Below are positions 63,579 to 64,000 of a stretch of 64,000 nt of DNA, piece by piece (position 1 is the first letter of the stretch; each line of letters begins with the position of its first letter). Under the pieces are notes generated by a model. The model was not told the origin of the DNA. It saw only the letters and a list, made by a program, of their open reading frames with translations, and made no database searches. This DNA comes from Gemmatimonadota bacterium (GTDB lineage Bacteria; Gemmatimonadota; Gemmatimonadetes; Palauibacterales; Palauibacteraceae): the NCBI GenBank assembly GCA_029262175.1, contig JAJCZV010000101.1, forward strand, positions 17,392-81,391. Direction: 5' to 3'. The position numbers and the translations under genes are program-made.

Positions 63579-64000
63579 TGGGACCTTCCCTTCGTTTTCG
63601 TGTTGTGGCACCCGGCTGCCGAAAGCGGCCGCAGAGTGCGTCATCGAGCCGCCGAGATCTCTCACCACCGATCTCGTGCTACGAATCTCGAGGACTTCGA
63701 CTGGAGCGCTCTTGCGCTCACAACTAGGTGAGTGCTGCCAGGGGAGAATTTCTTACAGGTCGGAGTCCCGACGGGTCGTCGGGCGTAGGGATCCCGACGA
63801 CCGGACGATTACAGCGGCAGACGTACTCACGCCAATCGAGGCGTTCCTCGACGGCATCCGATAGGTCCCGCGTTTCCGAGGGACCCCACTTCAACGCGGC
63901 CCGACGAAACCGTTTCCGTACACTCCTGCACACTCTGTGACAGTCGGCGCGACAGGTCATTTCGGCAGCCCGCGGACCTTCGGTTGCCCGCCCAACTAGC

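Noticed and set aside
63724-64000. A minus-strand frame open to the window edge (ORF 63724..63960 with ATG 63960; Cys/Arg-rich MTCRADCHRVCRSVRKRF...).
   Set aside because: It has no recognisable motif and no H-x3-C-x2-C. I cannot tell whether it is a short gene or the 3' end of a gene starting beyond the window, so I left it unannotated.

Overview
High-GC (about two-thirds G+C by eye), densely coding bacterial chromosomal segment. The protein repertoire (ECF sigma factors paired with TPR Ser/Thr kinases, many secreted or outer-membrane proteins) resembles Gemmatimonadota or Acidobacteria-like lineages; that placement is inference only. I found no rRNA, tRNA, CRISPR array, transposase or integrase, but my scan for RNA genes was by eye and is not exhaustive. 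The ORF track uses ATG/GTG/TTG as M and reports the longest ORFs. I trimmed many Arg/Pro-rich N-terminal extensions back to starts supported by signal peptides, prepilin motifs, Shine-Dalgarno sequences, 4-nt stop/start overlaps or paralog alignment. Layout: (i) 1-3038, an ECF sigma fragment plus a TPR Ser/Thr kinase. (ii) 4700-21103, a 16-kb block entirely on the minus strand. It holds a TPR membrane protein, a PD40/YVTN beta-propeller lipoprotein, an HD-GYP phosphodiesterase, a five-gene minor-pseudopilin operon, and a four-gene accessory module. (iii) 21266-28075, a second ECF sigma/TPR-kinase pair, then a membrane Ser/Thr kinase overlapping an FHA-trypsin-like protease gene. (iv) 28239-37313, envelope and redox genes: an OMP, a degenerate peptide deformylase paralog, an ECF/ZAS/Tat-cupredoxin operon, an Omp85-like protein and a flavoprotein disulfide reductase. 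(v) 37459-48874, a nine-gene glucose/pentose-phosphate operon (glk-fbaB-tkt-tal/pgi-HAD-gnd-zwf-pgl-rpiA). (vi) 49220-64000, TauE, GH63, an ECF/ZAS/patatin/ZAS locus, an alpha-glucan cluster (GT4-GH57-debranching enzyme), an M20 peptidase, a thioesterase and a blue-copper protein. The best candidate for an undescribed system is the four-gene module at 14387-21103. It comprises two paralogous small membrane proteins, a 1404-aa secreted or membrane protein with a kinase-like C-terminus, and a triple-repeat secreted protein. Each of the four genes is preceded by its own copy of a bipartite motif, TGATCA-N16-CGGCGY. The module is transcribed divergently from an ECF sigma/Ser-Thr kinase pair.
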